From: Candidatus Aminicenantes bacterium
GTDB lineage: Bacteria; Acidobacteriota; Aminicenantia; Aminicenantales; JAFGBC01
Direction: 5' to 3'
DNA length: 64,000 bases
NCBI GenBank assembly: GCA_963702005.1
Contig: OY969696.1
Coordinates: 640,001 to 704,000, forward strand
Of the stretch, positions 26,766 through 36,234 are shown one piece after another. Under the pieces are notes generated by a model. It had not been told where the DNA came from, did no database searches, and saw nothing but the letters and a program-made list of their open reading frames with translations. A program made the position numbers and the translations under genes. Position 1 is the first letter of the stretch. The number at the start of each line of letters is the position of its first letter.

Positions 26766-28202
26766 TGGCAGCCGTAAGGACATCGATAAGCGTTTCTTAA
26801 TGAGTGAAACCGTAAGGACATCGATAACTGATCGGCCTTCAAGCGATCGGATCGACGACTTTACCGACGAACGGAAAAGGAAACGTCTTGATAACCTTCC
26901 CCTCGTACTTGACGAAGACTCTGCGATGGTACGTCGAGAGTGTGGCCACGACGTACTGTCGTTCCAGTCTACGGAGGATGAAATACGCGGCGCCGTTGAA
27001 TTCGATGCAACCGTGGGCATCCACCTTGCGGACGAACGAGACGCAGCCCTTGGCGATCGGCAGATCGAGGTGTCCCCGGGAATCGAGATGCTGATCGAGA
27101 TTGAAGGCGGATGGGAGATGACGAAGTGCGGACCAGAGCCGGTCGCGGAGTTGGCCGGGAAAGCGGGTGCCGTGATCGGTTGCCCGGAGGCTTCGATTCG
27201 GCTTCTCGAAGTGGTAGTAGCGGAGGAATCGTTCGCTCGTGCGGCGCAAGGACCGAAGATCCGGACAGGGATGACGGAGCACCCGCGCCTGCCAGACCGC
27301 ATTGAAGCTTTCGATAGCGGCGTTGCGGCCGGGTTCTTTCGGGGGAATGAAGCGAAGCTGGATGCCCAACAAAAGATGGAGCCGGATGAGCTGAGAGAGA
27401 CTGTAGCGATACCGTCCCCCTCCCGTCGCGGCCATCTCGTTGTCCATCTGGGAGATTCGGGGAAGCCCCATAACTTGCCAGGAATCAACCAGATGACGGC
27501 AGAGCGAGATCGTTCTCTTGTCGCGGACCTGGCTGGCCGCAGTGGTCTGTCCGGCGGCGTCGATGGTGTGGATGGAGTAGAAGCGGGTGACTCCCGCAGG
27601 ACCGCGGAGATGACGGGGCCCGACCAGGTCGGTTTGCTGAAGGTCGCCCATCTTACGGGCCGGGACGTAGGGATAGGGAGGCCCGTTGGAGGAGCGTTTG
27701 GCCTTGGCCTTTTTCGTTCGTCCGGCGCGGGCCAGGATCTTCTCGATGGTCGAGATGGCGGGAAGCTGGCGGACGCCCCGTCGCTGAAGCTCGAAATGGA
27801 TCGTTTCGGCGCCGATGCCGGCAAAAGCGGCGCGACGGGTCTTGTGGGCCGCCAGTTCGTCGCGCAGGACCAGGATTTTCCGGACCAAGGGCTCCCGCGT
27901 TTGATGGGGGATATGTCTCGGTACCCGACTTTGGTCGCGAAGCCCATCAAGCCCGAATTTTCGATGGCGATTGAGCCATTTGGAGAGCCAAAAGCCGCTC
28001 CGATGGACGGTGCGGAGGATTTCGTTAAACCCAATCCCATCATAGTAATTTTCAATGGCTTTCTTCCGAGTCTCATATTCGCTCTTGATGCTCACCGCAA
28101 AGATCTCCTTCCCACTGGAATGGGAAAGAGTTTAAGCGATGAGCAAATCGCTTATCGATGTCCTTACGGTTATTCACTTAGCGATGTCCTTACGGGAACC
28201 CA
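26766..28202 (-). mobile_element. IS481-like insertion sequence, copy 2
   Basis: Same ends and identical transposase as copy 1; own target duplication (A)TTAGC at 26761-65 and 28203-07. Confidence 0.92.
26839..28095 (-). CDS. DDE transposase, IS481-like
   Basis: Identical 418-aa protein to 20881-22137. Confidence 0.9.
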   Translation of the reverse strand: MSIKSEYETRKKAIENYYDGIGFNEILRTVHRSGFWLSKWLNRHRKFGLDGLRDQSRVPRHIPHQTREPLVRKILVLRDELAAHKTRRAAFAGIGAETIHFELQRRGVRQLPAISTIEKILARAGRTKKAKAKRSSNGPPYPYVPARKMGDLQQTDLVGPRHLRGPAGVTRFYSIHTIDAAGQTTAASQVRDKRTISLCRHLVDSWQVMGLPRISQMDNEMAATGGGRYRYSLSQLIRLHLLLGIQLRFIPPKEPGRNAAIESFNAVWQARVLRHPCPDLRSLRRTSERFLRYYHFEKPNRSLRATDHGTRFPGQLRDRLWSALRHLPSAFNLDQHLDSRGHLDLPIAKGCVSFVRKVDAHGCIEFNGAAYFILRRLERQYVVATLSTYHRRVFVKYEGKVIKTFPFPFVGKVVDPIA

Positions 28203-28277
28203 TTAGCTCTATTTCTTGAGTACGTTTATGAATTCTGCTTGCGCTACCCTGTTTATGTCCTTACTTAATAAGAGAGG

Positions 28278-29231
28278 ATGAAAATGCAAGAAAGTCATTC
28301 AAAATATTCATCGATCGATCTATGTATTCCTATATACCTCAATTCAAACATAGTACTTGATCTCTTGGCCATATTCGAGGACGGTTTCTCAAATGTCACA
28401 GAAATTAAAACGTCGATAACAGATGTAAAAGAGAAGAGAAGCGGACTTGAGGCTAAGGTCGGGGCTACCAACTTATTTGCTCTACTTGGAATTTCAGGTG
28501 GTGGGAATCTGAGTACCAGAAGCGCAGATAGTGGAGGGCTTACGGCGAGGACTGAGAAGATCCATACGCCAACTTCATTATTCAACAAATTGAGATCATT
28601 GTTAATTCAGGGCGGTTTGCTTAAAACTCTTGCCGAAAATGGTTCGAACCTATCAAGCATTAAAAGTGGAGACTTTTTGGAAACTAATACGATTCTCAAT
28701 AAAAACCCGATAATAGACACGTTCCAAGGATTATTGCAGTTCATGACATTCTCTTTGCCATTTTTAGATGATAACAAGGCCAATAATTCTGATATCGGTG
28801 GGAGGAAATCTTTAAAACAATCCCTCCAACCTAAAATTGATAACCAAAAAATAATCACTCAGATGAAAGGATTAGTAGAAGCTCTTTCAAGCGGAGCCAC
28901 CATTGATCTTATTGGGAAAACCGTTCCATTATCAGATACGACATTGGTACTTTCTTCACAAATTAGATTCTTCTTAAATGAATCCTATGATGAAATTCTT
29001 GATGGAGAATACAGAGTGCTTGCTAAAGTTGTGAGGACAATGCTAAGAGATACGTCGGAATCCATAAACTTACTTCGAAAAACAACCTTTAGTAGAATTC
29101 AAGATAGCCTATTTCATAAGATGATGTCAGGTCTCAATGAAATTGAACAAAAGGGATTGAAACCAGTTCAGCTAGTGACTGAGATAAATGGACCCGCTAT
29201 TCATCTGCTGCCCATTGCTATATATGTATGA
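28278..29231 (+). CDS. AT-rich hypothetical protein, DUF6414-like
   Basis: IPIYLNSNIVLDLLAIFEDGFS N-terminus, HTPTSLFNKLR, C-terminal LLPIAIYV resemble DUF6414 (from recall); GAGG SD. Confidence 0.65.
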   Translation: MKMQESHSKYSSIDLCIPIYLNSNIVLDLLAIFEDGFSNVTEIKTSITDVKEKRSGLEAKVGATNLFALLGISGGGNLSTRSADSGGLTARTEKIHTPTSLFNKLRSLLIQGGLLKTLAENGSNLSSIKSGDFLETNTILNKNPIIDTFQGLLQFMTFSLPFLDDNKANNSDIGGRKSLKQSLQPKIDNQKIITQMKGLVEALSSGATIDLIGKTVPLSDTTLVLSSQIRFFLNESYDEILDGEYRVLAKVVRTMLRDTSESINLLRKTTFSRIQDSLFHKMMSGLNEIEQKGLKPVQLVTEINGPAIHLLPIAIYV

Positions 29232-29287
29232 TCCAAGGTGCAAACATATTTATCTTAGATTATCGGTGCAGCTGGGCGGTGAAGGTT

Positions 29288-30079
29288 CTATCGCTTCCGG
29301 AGGCGGGTTAAAATGACCGGGCGGCCGTTGCCCTCAAGAATTTCGGCATCGACGCCGTAGGTCGTTTTAATGTTGGCAGCGTTAAGGGTATCCCGAACGG
29401 AACCGGCGGCTACGACTTTTCCTTTACGGAGAAGAACGATGGAATCGGCCGAGGCCGAAGCGACATTGGGATCGTGGGTGGTGAAGACGATGGTCTTTCC
29501 TTTGTCCCGAAGGGATTCGATCGTCCAGCATATCCTCTGAGTGTTGGCCAAATCGAGGTGGGACATGGGCTCGTCGAGGAGGAAGATCAGCGGATCCTGT
29601 GCTAGTACCCGGGCCAGCGAGGCGAGTTGTTTCTCTCCAGCACTAAGCGTCGGAAGCGCCCGGCTCCGGAGCTTCCGGATTCCCGCGGCTTCCATGGCCG
29701 CCTCGGCGGCGCGCCTGTCCTCGGCGCCCGGCGTCTCCAGAAATCCGAGATAGGGCGCGCGTCCAAGAAGGACATACTCTAGGACGCTGAGCTCGAACCC
29801 GGCCGGCTCCTCCTGTGGGACGAAGCCGATGACGCGGCTCATCTCGCGCCTGGAGAGGTCTGTTCCGGCCCGGCCGTCGAGCTCGATCCGGCCAACCCTC
29901 GGTCGGAGCCAACCTAGAATCAGATTGAGGAGTGTCGTCTTTCCAGACCCGTTGGGGCCGAGCAGGGCGCAGATGGTCCCGGCGCCGATGTCGAGCGAGA
30001 GGTCGCGGAGGACCTCGGGCCCGGACTCCGAATAGGCGAAGGACAAATCCCGGATCGAGATCATAGCTCCGCCGCTCAT
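29288..30079 (-). CDS. Fe-siderophore/cobalamin ABC transporter ATPase
   Basis: GPNGSGKTT, LSAGE, LLDEP, TTHD; ATGA overlap with the permease gene. Confidence 0.92.
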   Translation of the reverse strand: MSGGAMISIRDLSFAYSESGPEVLRDLSLDIGAGTICALLGPNGSGKTTLLNLILGWLRPRVGRIELDGRAGTDLSRREMSRVIGFVPQEEPAGFELSVLEYVLLGRAPYLGFLETPGAEDRRAAEAAMEAAGIRKLRSRALPTLSAGEKQLASLARVLAQDPLIFLLDEPMSHLDLANTQRICWTIESLRDKGKTIVFTTHDPNVASASADSIVLLRKGKVVAAGSVRDTLNAANIKTTYGVDAEILEGNGRPVILTRLRKR

Positions 30080-31086
30080 GACTTGAGCCTCAGCTTGCGC
30101 GCCGAGAGAAGCGCGATGAAGACGGCCGTCCCGAAGAACGAGGTCAGGATGCCGAGCGGGATCTCGCCGGACAGGGCGGCCCGGGCCAGGTCGTCGCAGA
30201 CGAGGACGAATATCCCCCCGATGAGCATCGAGGCCGGGAGCATCCTTTGGGCGTCCGATCCGACCAGCCGCCGGGCGATGTGGGGGACGATGAGGCCGAC
30301 CCAACTCACTTGGCCGGCTTTGGAGACGAGGACGGCCGTCGCGGCGACGGCTGCCGCCAGCAGGACGAGCCGTTCGCGACCCGGCGCCAGGCCCAGCGAA
30401 AAAGCCGTCTCGTCTCGCATCGAAAGAAGGTTCAAGCGCCAGCGCATAAGAATCATGATCGCGAGCGCCAGCGCCGCGACCGGGAGAACCTGCCAGAGGT
30501 CGGGCCAGGTGACGGACCACAGCCCGCCCAGCATCCAGAAGGTGATGTCGGGGAGTTGTTTGTGGGGATCGGCCAGGTACTTAAGGACGCCGGTGCCCGC
30601 CGAGTAGAGAGCGGCGATCGAGATTCCGGCCAGGACGAGGCGGAAAACCCAGTCCCCCCAACGGATGCGCCGGGCGATGAAATAGCTTGCGGCCAGGCCG
30701 AGGAAGGCGAATGCGGCAGCAGATGCTTGGACACCCAGGGCCGTCCCGCCAAAGTAGACGAATCCCAACGCCGCTCCGAAGGCGGCGCCCTGCGAGACGC
30801 CCAGGAAGCCCGAATCGACCAAGGGATTCCGGAAGATCATCTGAAAGACGGCTCCCGCGGCCGAGAGCACGGCGCCGAGGAGAAAAGCCATCAGGATCCG
30901 GGGCAGCCGGAGATGAACGACCAGGCTCCGGGCCAGCTCGTTATCGGTCAGGGCCGAGAGGGGAGTCAGGAAGGGCTTGGGATAGCGGCCGATGAGAGCA
31001 GAAAGGATGAGACAGACGAGGACGGCCGCGGCGATCGTCCACAGGCGCCGGCCGGTGCGCTTTTCGTTTATGCTCTCTCCGTCCAT
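30076..31086 (-). CDS. FecCD/BtuC family ABC permease
   Basis: RLPRIL, QMIFRNPLVD, WVGLIVPHIARR, EIPLG. Confidence 0.93.
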   Translation of the reverse strand: MDGESINEKRTGRRLWTIAAAVLVCLILSALIGRYPKPFLTPLSALTDNELARSLVVHLRLPRILMAFLLGAVLSAAGAVFQMIFRNPLVDSGFLGVSQGAAFGAALGFVYFGGTALGVQASAAAFAFLGLAASYFIARRIRWGDWVFRLVLAGISIAALYSAGTGVLKYLADPHKQLPDITFWMLGGLWSVTWPDLWQVLPVAALALAIMILMRWRLNLLSMRDETAFSLGLAPGRERLVLLAAAVAATAVLVSKAGQVSWVGLIVPHIARRLVGSDAQRMLPASMLIGGIFVLVCDDLARAALSGEIPLGILTSFFGTAVFIALLSARKLRLKS

Positions 31087-31090
31087 GTCC

Positions 31091-32164
31091 TCAGCGGAAA
31101 TCGGTCTTGACCATCGGAAGGATTTTTGTCTTGATCGTATCGCGGCTAAGGCCGTAGAGCCCTTCGTAGAAACGATAAACCTCATCCTCGATGCTGTAAT
31201 CCTTGAGCCGGTCGGGATGAAGGGTCGCCGCCATCCAGGTCAGGCCCAGGATCCAGCGGACGTCGGGGACGTCCCAGCCGTAGAAGTCTTGGGGGAAGTA
31301 GATGACCTTGCCCTCCTTGACCGCGCGGATGTTCTTCCACTGAGGGTCGGCGGAGAGCCAGTTCATGAAGTCCGTGGCGCTCGTCGAGTACCAAACGATG
31401 ATGATCAGGCGGTCGGGGTCCCAGGCCGCGATCTGCTCGAGGTTGACGACGGCCCAGCCGCCCGCCTGCTCGGCGGCGCTGAGCCAGACCGGGCGGCCGC
31501 CGCCGGCCTCGACCTGGTAGGTCTGCATCCAGGCGCGGGCCGGGACGCGGACGGCGTACTTGCCGCTCCGGATATTTCCCATGACCACGAGGACGGAGGG
31601 TTTCTCCTCGTCGCGGAGGCCGGAGAGGGCCTTTTCGACGCGGGCGACATCCTGCTTGTAGAAGGCGATGATCTGGTCGGCGCGCTTCGGATTTCCCAGG
31701 ATTGCGCCCAGGTTAGCGATGTCCCGGTAATACTCGTCGGGGGTCTCAAGGCTCAGGAAGGCCGCCTGGATTCCGACCTTGAATAGGGCCTCGGCGAGCG
31801 GTTCGGGGTGGGAGCCCTTCATCAGCACGAGGTCCGGGTGGAGGGTCGCGATGGATTCGGGGCCGGGGTTGGGGAGGAGCGGGATCTTCTTGTCGATGTC
31901 GGGCGCGACCGCGGACAGGAAGTCGCTGGAGGTGCGGCCGCGCTGTTCCATGCCGACCAAGCGGCCGGGCCCTTCAGGGAACATGTAAAGGAGGTGAAGG
32001 AGATACTGCGGGCCGTGTCCGACGACGGCCAGGCGTTGGGGGATCTTATCGAGGCTGATTGGCTGGCCGGCCGCGTCCGTGAACTGGATGGAAGATTGGG
32101 CGAATGCGGCAGAAATGGCGATCGCGAGGAGCGCGGGGATGACGAGTTTTAGCGAGGTGCGCAT
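31091..32164 (-). CDS. Fe/B12 periplasmic substrate-binding protein
   Basis: Signal peptide; TDAAG, ESIATLHPDLV, VNLEQIAAWDPD, AVKEGKV. Confidence 0.9.
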   Translation of the reverse strand: MRTSLKLVIPALLAIAISAAFAQSSIQFTDAAGQPISLDKIPQRLAVVGHGPQYLLHLLYMFPEGPGRLVGMEQRGRTSSDFLSAVAPDIDKKIPLLPNPGPESIATLHPDLVLMKGSHPEPLAEALFKVGIQAAFLSLETPDEYYRDIANLGAILGNPKRADQIIAFYKQDVARVEKALSGLRDEEKPSVLVVMGNIRSGKYAVRVPARAWMQTYQVEAGGGRPVWLSAAEQAGGWAVVNLEQIAAWDPDRLIIIVWYSTSATDFMNWLSADPQWKNIRAVKEGKVIYFPQDFYGWDVPDVRWILGLTWMAATLHPDRLKDYSIEDEVYRFYEGLYGLSRDTIKTKILPMVKTDFR

Positions 32165-32325
32165 GGCAGGCTCTCCTTTCCAAGCACGGGCGGCCGGGGC
32201 GTTTCCGCCTCGACCTCGGCCGGTCCGGGTCGGGGCCGGCGCAGCGACGGCTGGCCGTGGAGGGCGTGGGGCCGACTCTTTAGGCCGGGCCGTTCGGAGA
32301 TTCGATCGAGCCGCCATTATAGCAT

Positions 32326-32545
32326 AATTCTGGGGACACACGACTTAATTCAGCTGTGGAATTCTGGGGACATGCTCTAGAATTCTCTTGAATTCTGGTG
32401 CGTGTCCCCAGAATTCTCCTATATTGACATGAGTCCGTACCGATGATAAAAAAATGACGGAATTCGGGGGACACGATACCGAATTAAGAAATTCGGTTCA
32501 TGTCCCCAGAATTCCTGTAGAATTAAGTCGTGTGTCCCCAGAATT
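32326..32545. repeat. Nested REP-like cluster (three GGGGACA palindromes)
   Basis: Outer arms identical to 6125-6188; inner hairpins at 32359-32416 and ~32460-32514. Confidence 0.88.
32424..32452 (+). promoter_or_regulatory. Sigma70 promoter embedded in the REP cluster
   Basis: TTGACA-17 bp-TAAAAA with TG extension. Confidence 0.55.
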
Positions 32546-32562
32546 CCCGGAAAGGAGCTCCG

Positions 32563-32997
32563 ATGGCGCTCAAAGATAAAAAGATACCCGCCGGACGGCC
32601 GGTCGATACCGCCTTGGCCGAGGCGATCCGGGGCCGGCTGATAGACGGAACGGTCGGCTGCGCCGCTGCGTTCACCCTGGCAAAAGAAAAGGGCATCGCG
32701 CCGCTGTCCGTAGGCGAAGCGGCCGATTCGCTCGGCATCCACCTCAGCCATTGCCAATTGGGGCTTTTCGGATTCCCCGGACACGCTAAGGTCTGGGACA
32801 GCCCGGGATGGAAGGAAGCGAACGCGCCGGCGGGCATCGAAGAAGCTGTCCGCTCCGCCCTCGATCCGGACGGGAGCCTCTCCTGCGCCGCCGCCTGGAC
32901 CGTCGCCGACCGCTTCCATGTCGCCCGGGCGCAGGTCGACCGTTTCGCCAGCCGCCTGAAGATCAAGATCAAGCGCTGTCAGCTCGGCGCGTTTTAG
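32563..32997 (+). CDS. Hypothetical protein with two tandem C..A...CQLGxF repeats
   Basis: GCAAAF...HCQLGLF and SCAAAW...RCQLGAF; AAGGAG SD. Confidence 0.75.
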   Translation: MALKDKKIPAGRPVDTALAEAIRGRLIDGTVGCAAAFTLAKEKGIAPLSVGEAADSLGIHLSHCQLGLFGFPGHAKVWDSPGWKEANAPAGIEEAVRSALDPDGSLSCAAAWTVADRFHVARAQVDRFASRLKIKIKRCQLGAF

Positions 32998-33047
32998 TCC
33001 GGCCGCCGTTTTCTCGGCCCAGGGGCGAAAGAACGTCCGGAGGCCGA

Positions 33048-33103
33048 GTCTAAGGAAAGGTCTAAGGAAAGTACTTGCCTTCGGTTTGTTCTCTGTTTAT
33101 AAT
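33048..33103 (+). promoter_or_regulatory. Promoter with upstream 12-bp tandem direct repeat
   Basis: gtctaaggaaag x2 (33048-33071), then TTGCCT-17 bp-TATAAT. Confidence 0.6.
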
Positions 33104-33207
33104 GAGCCCGCCTTGAGAAAGCAGGCGATCCCCCTTGGAGCCTGAAGGGGAATCGCCTAGGAACTTCCATCGGACAAGGGTCGAGGGAGGGAGTCTTGGA
33201 GGTTCCG

Positions 33208-36138
33208 ATGAAGTGGAGCGGGCAGAAGATCGCAAAGCGGTTTTTCCCTGGATCTGTCTTTCTGGCCGCTATATCGGTCTGTGCCCCGCTCTTGGAAGCG
33301 GCCAAACCCATCGCCCAATACATCAACCGCGTCTGGCGTACGGAGAACGGCCTTCCCCAGTCCTCCGTCCAGGCGATCCTTCAGGCCCGGAGCGGCCACA
33401 TCTGGCTGGGGACTCAAGAAGGCCTGGTCCGCTTCAACGGGACCGATTTTACCGTCTTCGATAAAAAGAGCAATTCCGAGTTTCGCAACAACGATATCCG
33501 CGTCCTCCACGAGGGCCGGGATCGAATGTGGATCGGAACGGCCAACGGACTCCTGAGCTATAAGAACGGCCGCTTTCAGACTCATTTTACCAACCGGCCC
33601 GCCGGCGATTTTATCTCCGGACTCTTTGAGGACTCCCAGGGGACTCTTTGGGTCGGCACTTATGGAGGGCTGTGCCGATTGAAGGAGGGCCGGTTCGAAT
33701 TCACTACGACCCTGGAAGGCCTTGCCTCGAACGTCGTGACTGCGGTCTGTACGGACCGGGAAGGCGCCGTCTGGATCGGGACGGCCAACGGCTTGGACCG
33801 GATGAAGGACGGCCGGATTTCGGTCTACACCCGGGAAAACGGTCTGCCCCATGACTTCATCACGAGCGTTCTGGAAACCAGGGACGGAAGCCTATGGGTC
33901 GGAACGCGGGGCGGCCTGGTCCGCTTCCAGGACGGGCGTTTCCGCGTCTACACGACCAAGGACGGCCTGACGAGCGATACGATCATTTCTCTCTATGAGG
34001 ACCGGGAAGGCTGCCTTTGGATCGGGGCCGAGCGGAAAGGGCTCAACCGGTTCGGGGACGGCGTTTTTTCCAGCTTCACGATGAGGGACGGCCTCTCGGA
34101 CGACTATGTCCTGTCCATCTGTCAGGACCGGGAGGGCATCATCTGGGTCGGGACCTATGCCGGCGGCCTGAACCGGCTTTGGGAGGGGAAGTTCACGACC
34201 TATGCCATGCGGGAGGGTCTTCCTTCCAATGAAGTCCGGACCATCTTGGAAGGGTGCGACGGATCCGTTTGGATCGGAACCCGTGAAGGCGGGCTGGCCT
34301 GCCTCCGGGGGGGCGAGATGAAGACCTACTCCATGAAGGACGGGCTTCCCGACAACACGGTCCGGGCGCTGTTTGAAGACAAGGACGGCCGGCTCTGGAT
34401 CGGGACCAATAACGGCCTGTCCTGTTACCGGGACGGCCGGTTCGTCAACTTTTCCCGCAAGGATGGGCTGGCCCACGATTTCGTCCGATGTATCGTGCAG
34501 GACCAGGCCGGCCGGCTTTGGGTCGGCACGACGGGGGGAGGCCTGCACCTGTTCGACCGGAATCGCCTGATCTGTTATTTGGACAAAGGCATCCCGGATA
34601 CCGTTATCCGCTCCTTGACGGTTGCGCGGGACGGAAGCCTGTGGATCGGAACGAACGACGGGCTGTGCCATTGGCAGAACGGGAAGTATGCCCGGTTTTC
34701 CTCCGCGGACGGTCTCTCGGCCGATCCGATCTACGCCATCCACGAAGATTCCGAGGGGACGTTCTGGATCGGGACCTACGGCGGCGGGCTGTTCCGCTTC
34801 AAGAACGGACGTTTCACTCATTATACGATCCGGCAGGGCCTCTTCAACGACGTCGTCTTCCAAATCCTGGAGGACGGCCGGGGGGACCTCTGGATGAGCT
34901 GCAATGTCGGCATCTATCGCGTCAAGAAGCGGGATCTGGATGACTACGCGGCCGGGAAGATCGAGGCCATCAGCTGCGTCTCCTATGGAATGCCGGACGG
35001 GCTGCGGAGCGCCGAGTGCAACGGCAACGCCCAACCTTCGGGATGGAAAACCCGCGACGGACGGCTGTGGTTCCCCACGATCGAAGGCGTTGTCGTTATC
35101 GATCCGGACCGGATCGAACAGAATAAACAGGCTCCTCTCGTTTCCATCGATCAAGTCCTCATCAACGCGGTCGATTGCTGCCCGGCCCTGAAAGCCGATG
35201 CGCCTCCGGGCGGCGGCTCGCTCGAATTCCATTTCGCCGGGCTGAGCTTCATTGCGCCGGAGAGGGTGAGGTTCAAGTATAAGCTGGAGGGGCATGACGA
35301 CGAATGGATTGAGGCCGGGATCCGGCATAACGCCTTCTACACCAATATCCCGCCCGGCCGCTATCGCTTCCGCGTCATCGCCTGCAACAACGACAATATG
35401 TGGAACAGCGAGGGAGCCTCATTTGAATTCCGGCTGAGGCCCCATTTCTACCAGACGAAATGGTTTTACGCCCTGACGGTCCTGGCCCTGATGGCGGTCG
35501 GCCTCGGGCTCTATCAGTTGCGCGTCAGGCAGTTCAAAGCCCGGGAGAGAGAGCTGGCGGGTTTGGTTGCCGAGAAGACCAAGGACCTGGCCGAGGCCAA
35601 TCAAAAACTCGGGGCGGCCAACAAGGAGTTGGAACGATTGGCCAACATAGACGGGCTGACCGGCGTCTTCAACCGGCGGTTCTTCATGGACGTCCTGGAG
35701 GTCGAATGGCGCCGCGCCGAACGCCAGGGGATCTGGCTGTCCCTGCTTATGGCCGACGTGGACCACTTCAAGGCCTACAACGACAATTACGGCCACCAGG
35801 CCGGAGACCAATGTCTGAAGATTATCGCCCGCATGATGAAAAAAACCGTGACCCGGGCGGGAGATCTTATGGGTCGGTACGGCGGGGAAGAGTTCATCGT
35901 CGTGTTGCCCGCGACCGACCTCCAGGGCGCGGGGACGGTGGCCGAACGGCTGCGAAGCCAAGTCAAGACGCTCGGGATTAAACACGAGTTTTCGCAAGTG
36001 TCCGATCGCGTCACCGTGAGTCTCGGCGTGGCCACGATGCGGCCGAAGCGTGGACAGTCCATGAACGCACTGGTCAAAGCATCGGACGAAGCCCTTTATA
36101 AAGCGAAGAGAGCAGGCCGCAACCGCTGGGCGTCCTGA
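33208..36138 (+). CDS. Sensor diguanylate cyclase (Reg_prop propellers + Y_Y_Y + TM + GGDEF)
   Basis: Repeated DxxGxLWIGT blades; YTNIPPGRYRFRV; RAGD I-site and GGEEF. Confidence 0.95.
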   Translation: MKWSGQKIAKRFFPGSVFLAAISVCAPLLEAAKPIAQYINRVWRTENGLPQSSVQAILQARSGHIWLGTQEGLVRFNGTDFTVFDKKSNSEFRNNDIRVLHEGRDRMWIGTANGLLSYKNGRFQTHFTNRPAGDFISGLFEDSQGTLWVGTYGGLCRLKEGRFEFTTTLEGLASNVVTAVCTDREGAVWIGTANGLDRMKDGRISVYTRENGLPHDFITSVLETRDGSLWVGTRGGLVRFQDGRFRVYTTKDGLTSDTIISLYEDREGCLWIGAERKGLNRFGDGVFSSFTMRDGLSDDYVLSICQDREGIIWVGTYAGGLNRLWEGKFTTYAMREGLPSNEVRTILEGCDGSVWIGTREGGLACLRGGEMKTYSMKDGLPDNTVRALFEDKDGRLWIGTNNGLSCYRDGRFVNFSRKDGLAHDFVRCIVQDQAGRLWVGTTGGGLHLFDRNRLICYLDKGIPDTVIRSLTVARDGSLWIGTNDGLCHWQNGKYARFSSADGLSADPIYAIHEDSEGTFWIGTYGGGLFRFKNGRFTHYTIRQGLFNDVVFQILEDGRGDLWMSCNVGIYRVKKRDLDDYAAGKIEAISCVSYGMPDGLRSAECNGNAQPSGWKTRDGRLWFPTIEGVVVIDPDRIEQNKQAPLVSIDQVLINAVDCCPALKADAPPGGGSLEFHFAGLSFIAPERVRFKYKLEGHDDEWIEAGIRHNAFYTNIPPGRYRFRVIACNNDNMWNSEGASFEFRLRPHFYQTKWFYALTVLALMAVGLGLYQLRVRQFKARERELAGLVAEKTKDLAEANQKLGAANKELERLANIDGLTGVFNRRFFMDVLEVEWRRAERQGIWLSLLMADVDHFKAYNDNYGHQAGDQCLKIIARMMKKTVTRAGDLMGRYGGEEFIVVLPATDLQGAGTVAERLRSQVKTLGIKHEFSQVSDRVTVSLGVATMRPKRGQSMNALVKASDEALYKAKRAGRNRWAS

Positions 36139-36234
36139 CCTCAACGGGGCCGAGGCCACCAGAGCCGAACTTTCCGGTCAACCGGGGTGGGCCTTGAGTC
36201 CCGGCTCCATTCCCTCTATACTTCACAGAGAGCC

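Noticed and set aside
20808-28202. Composite transposon carrying ArsR, VWA and RT genes between two identical IS copies
   Set aside because: Each IS has its own target duplication (CTAGT; TTAGC) and both empty sites reconstruct cleanly, so these are independent insertions. Future co-mobilisation or deletion remains possible.
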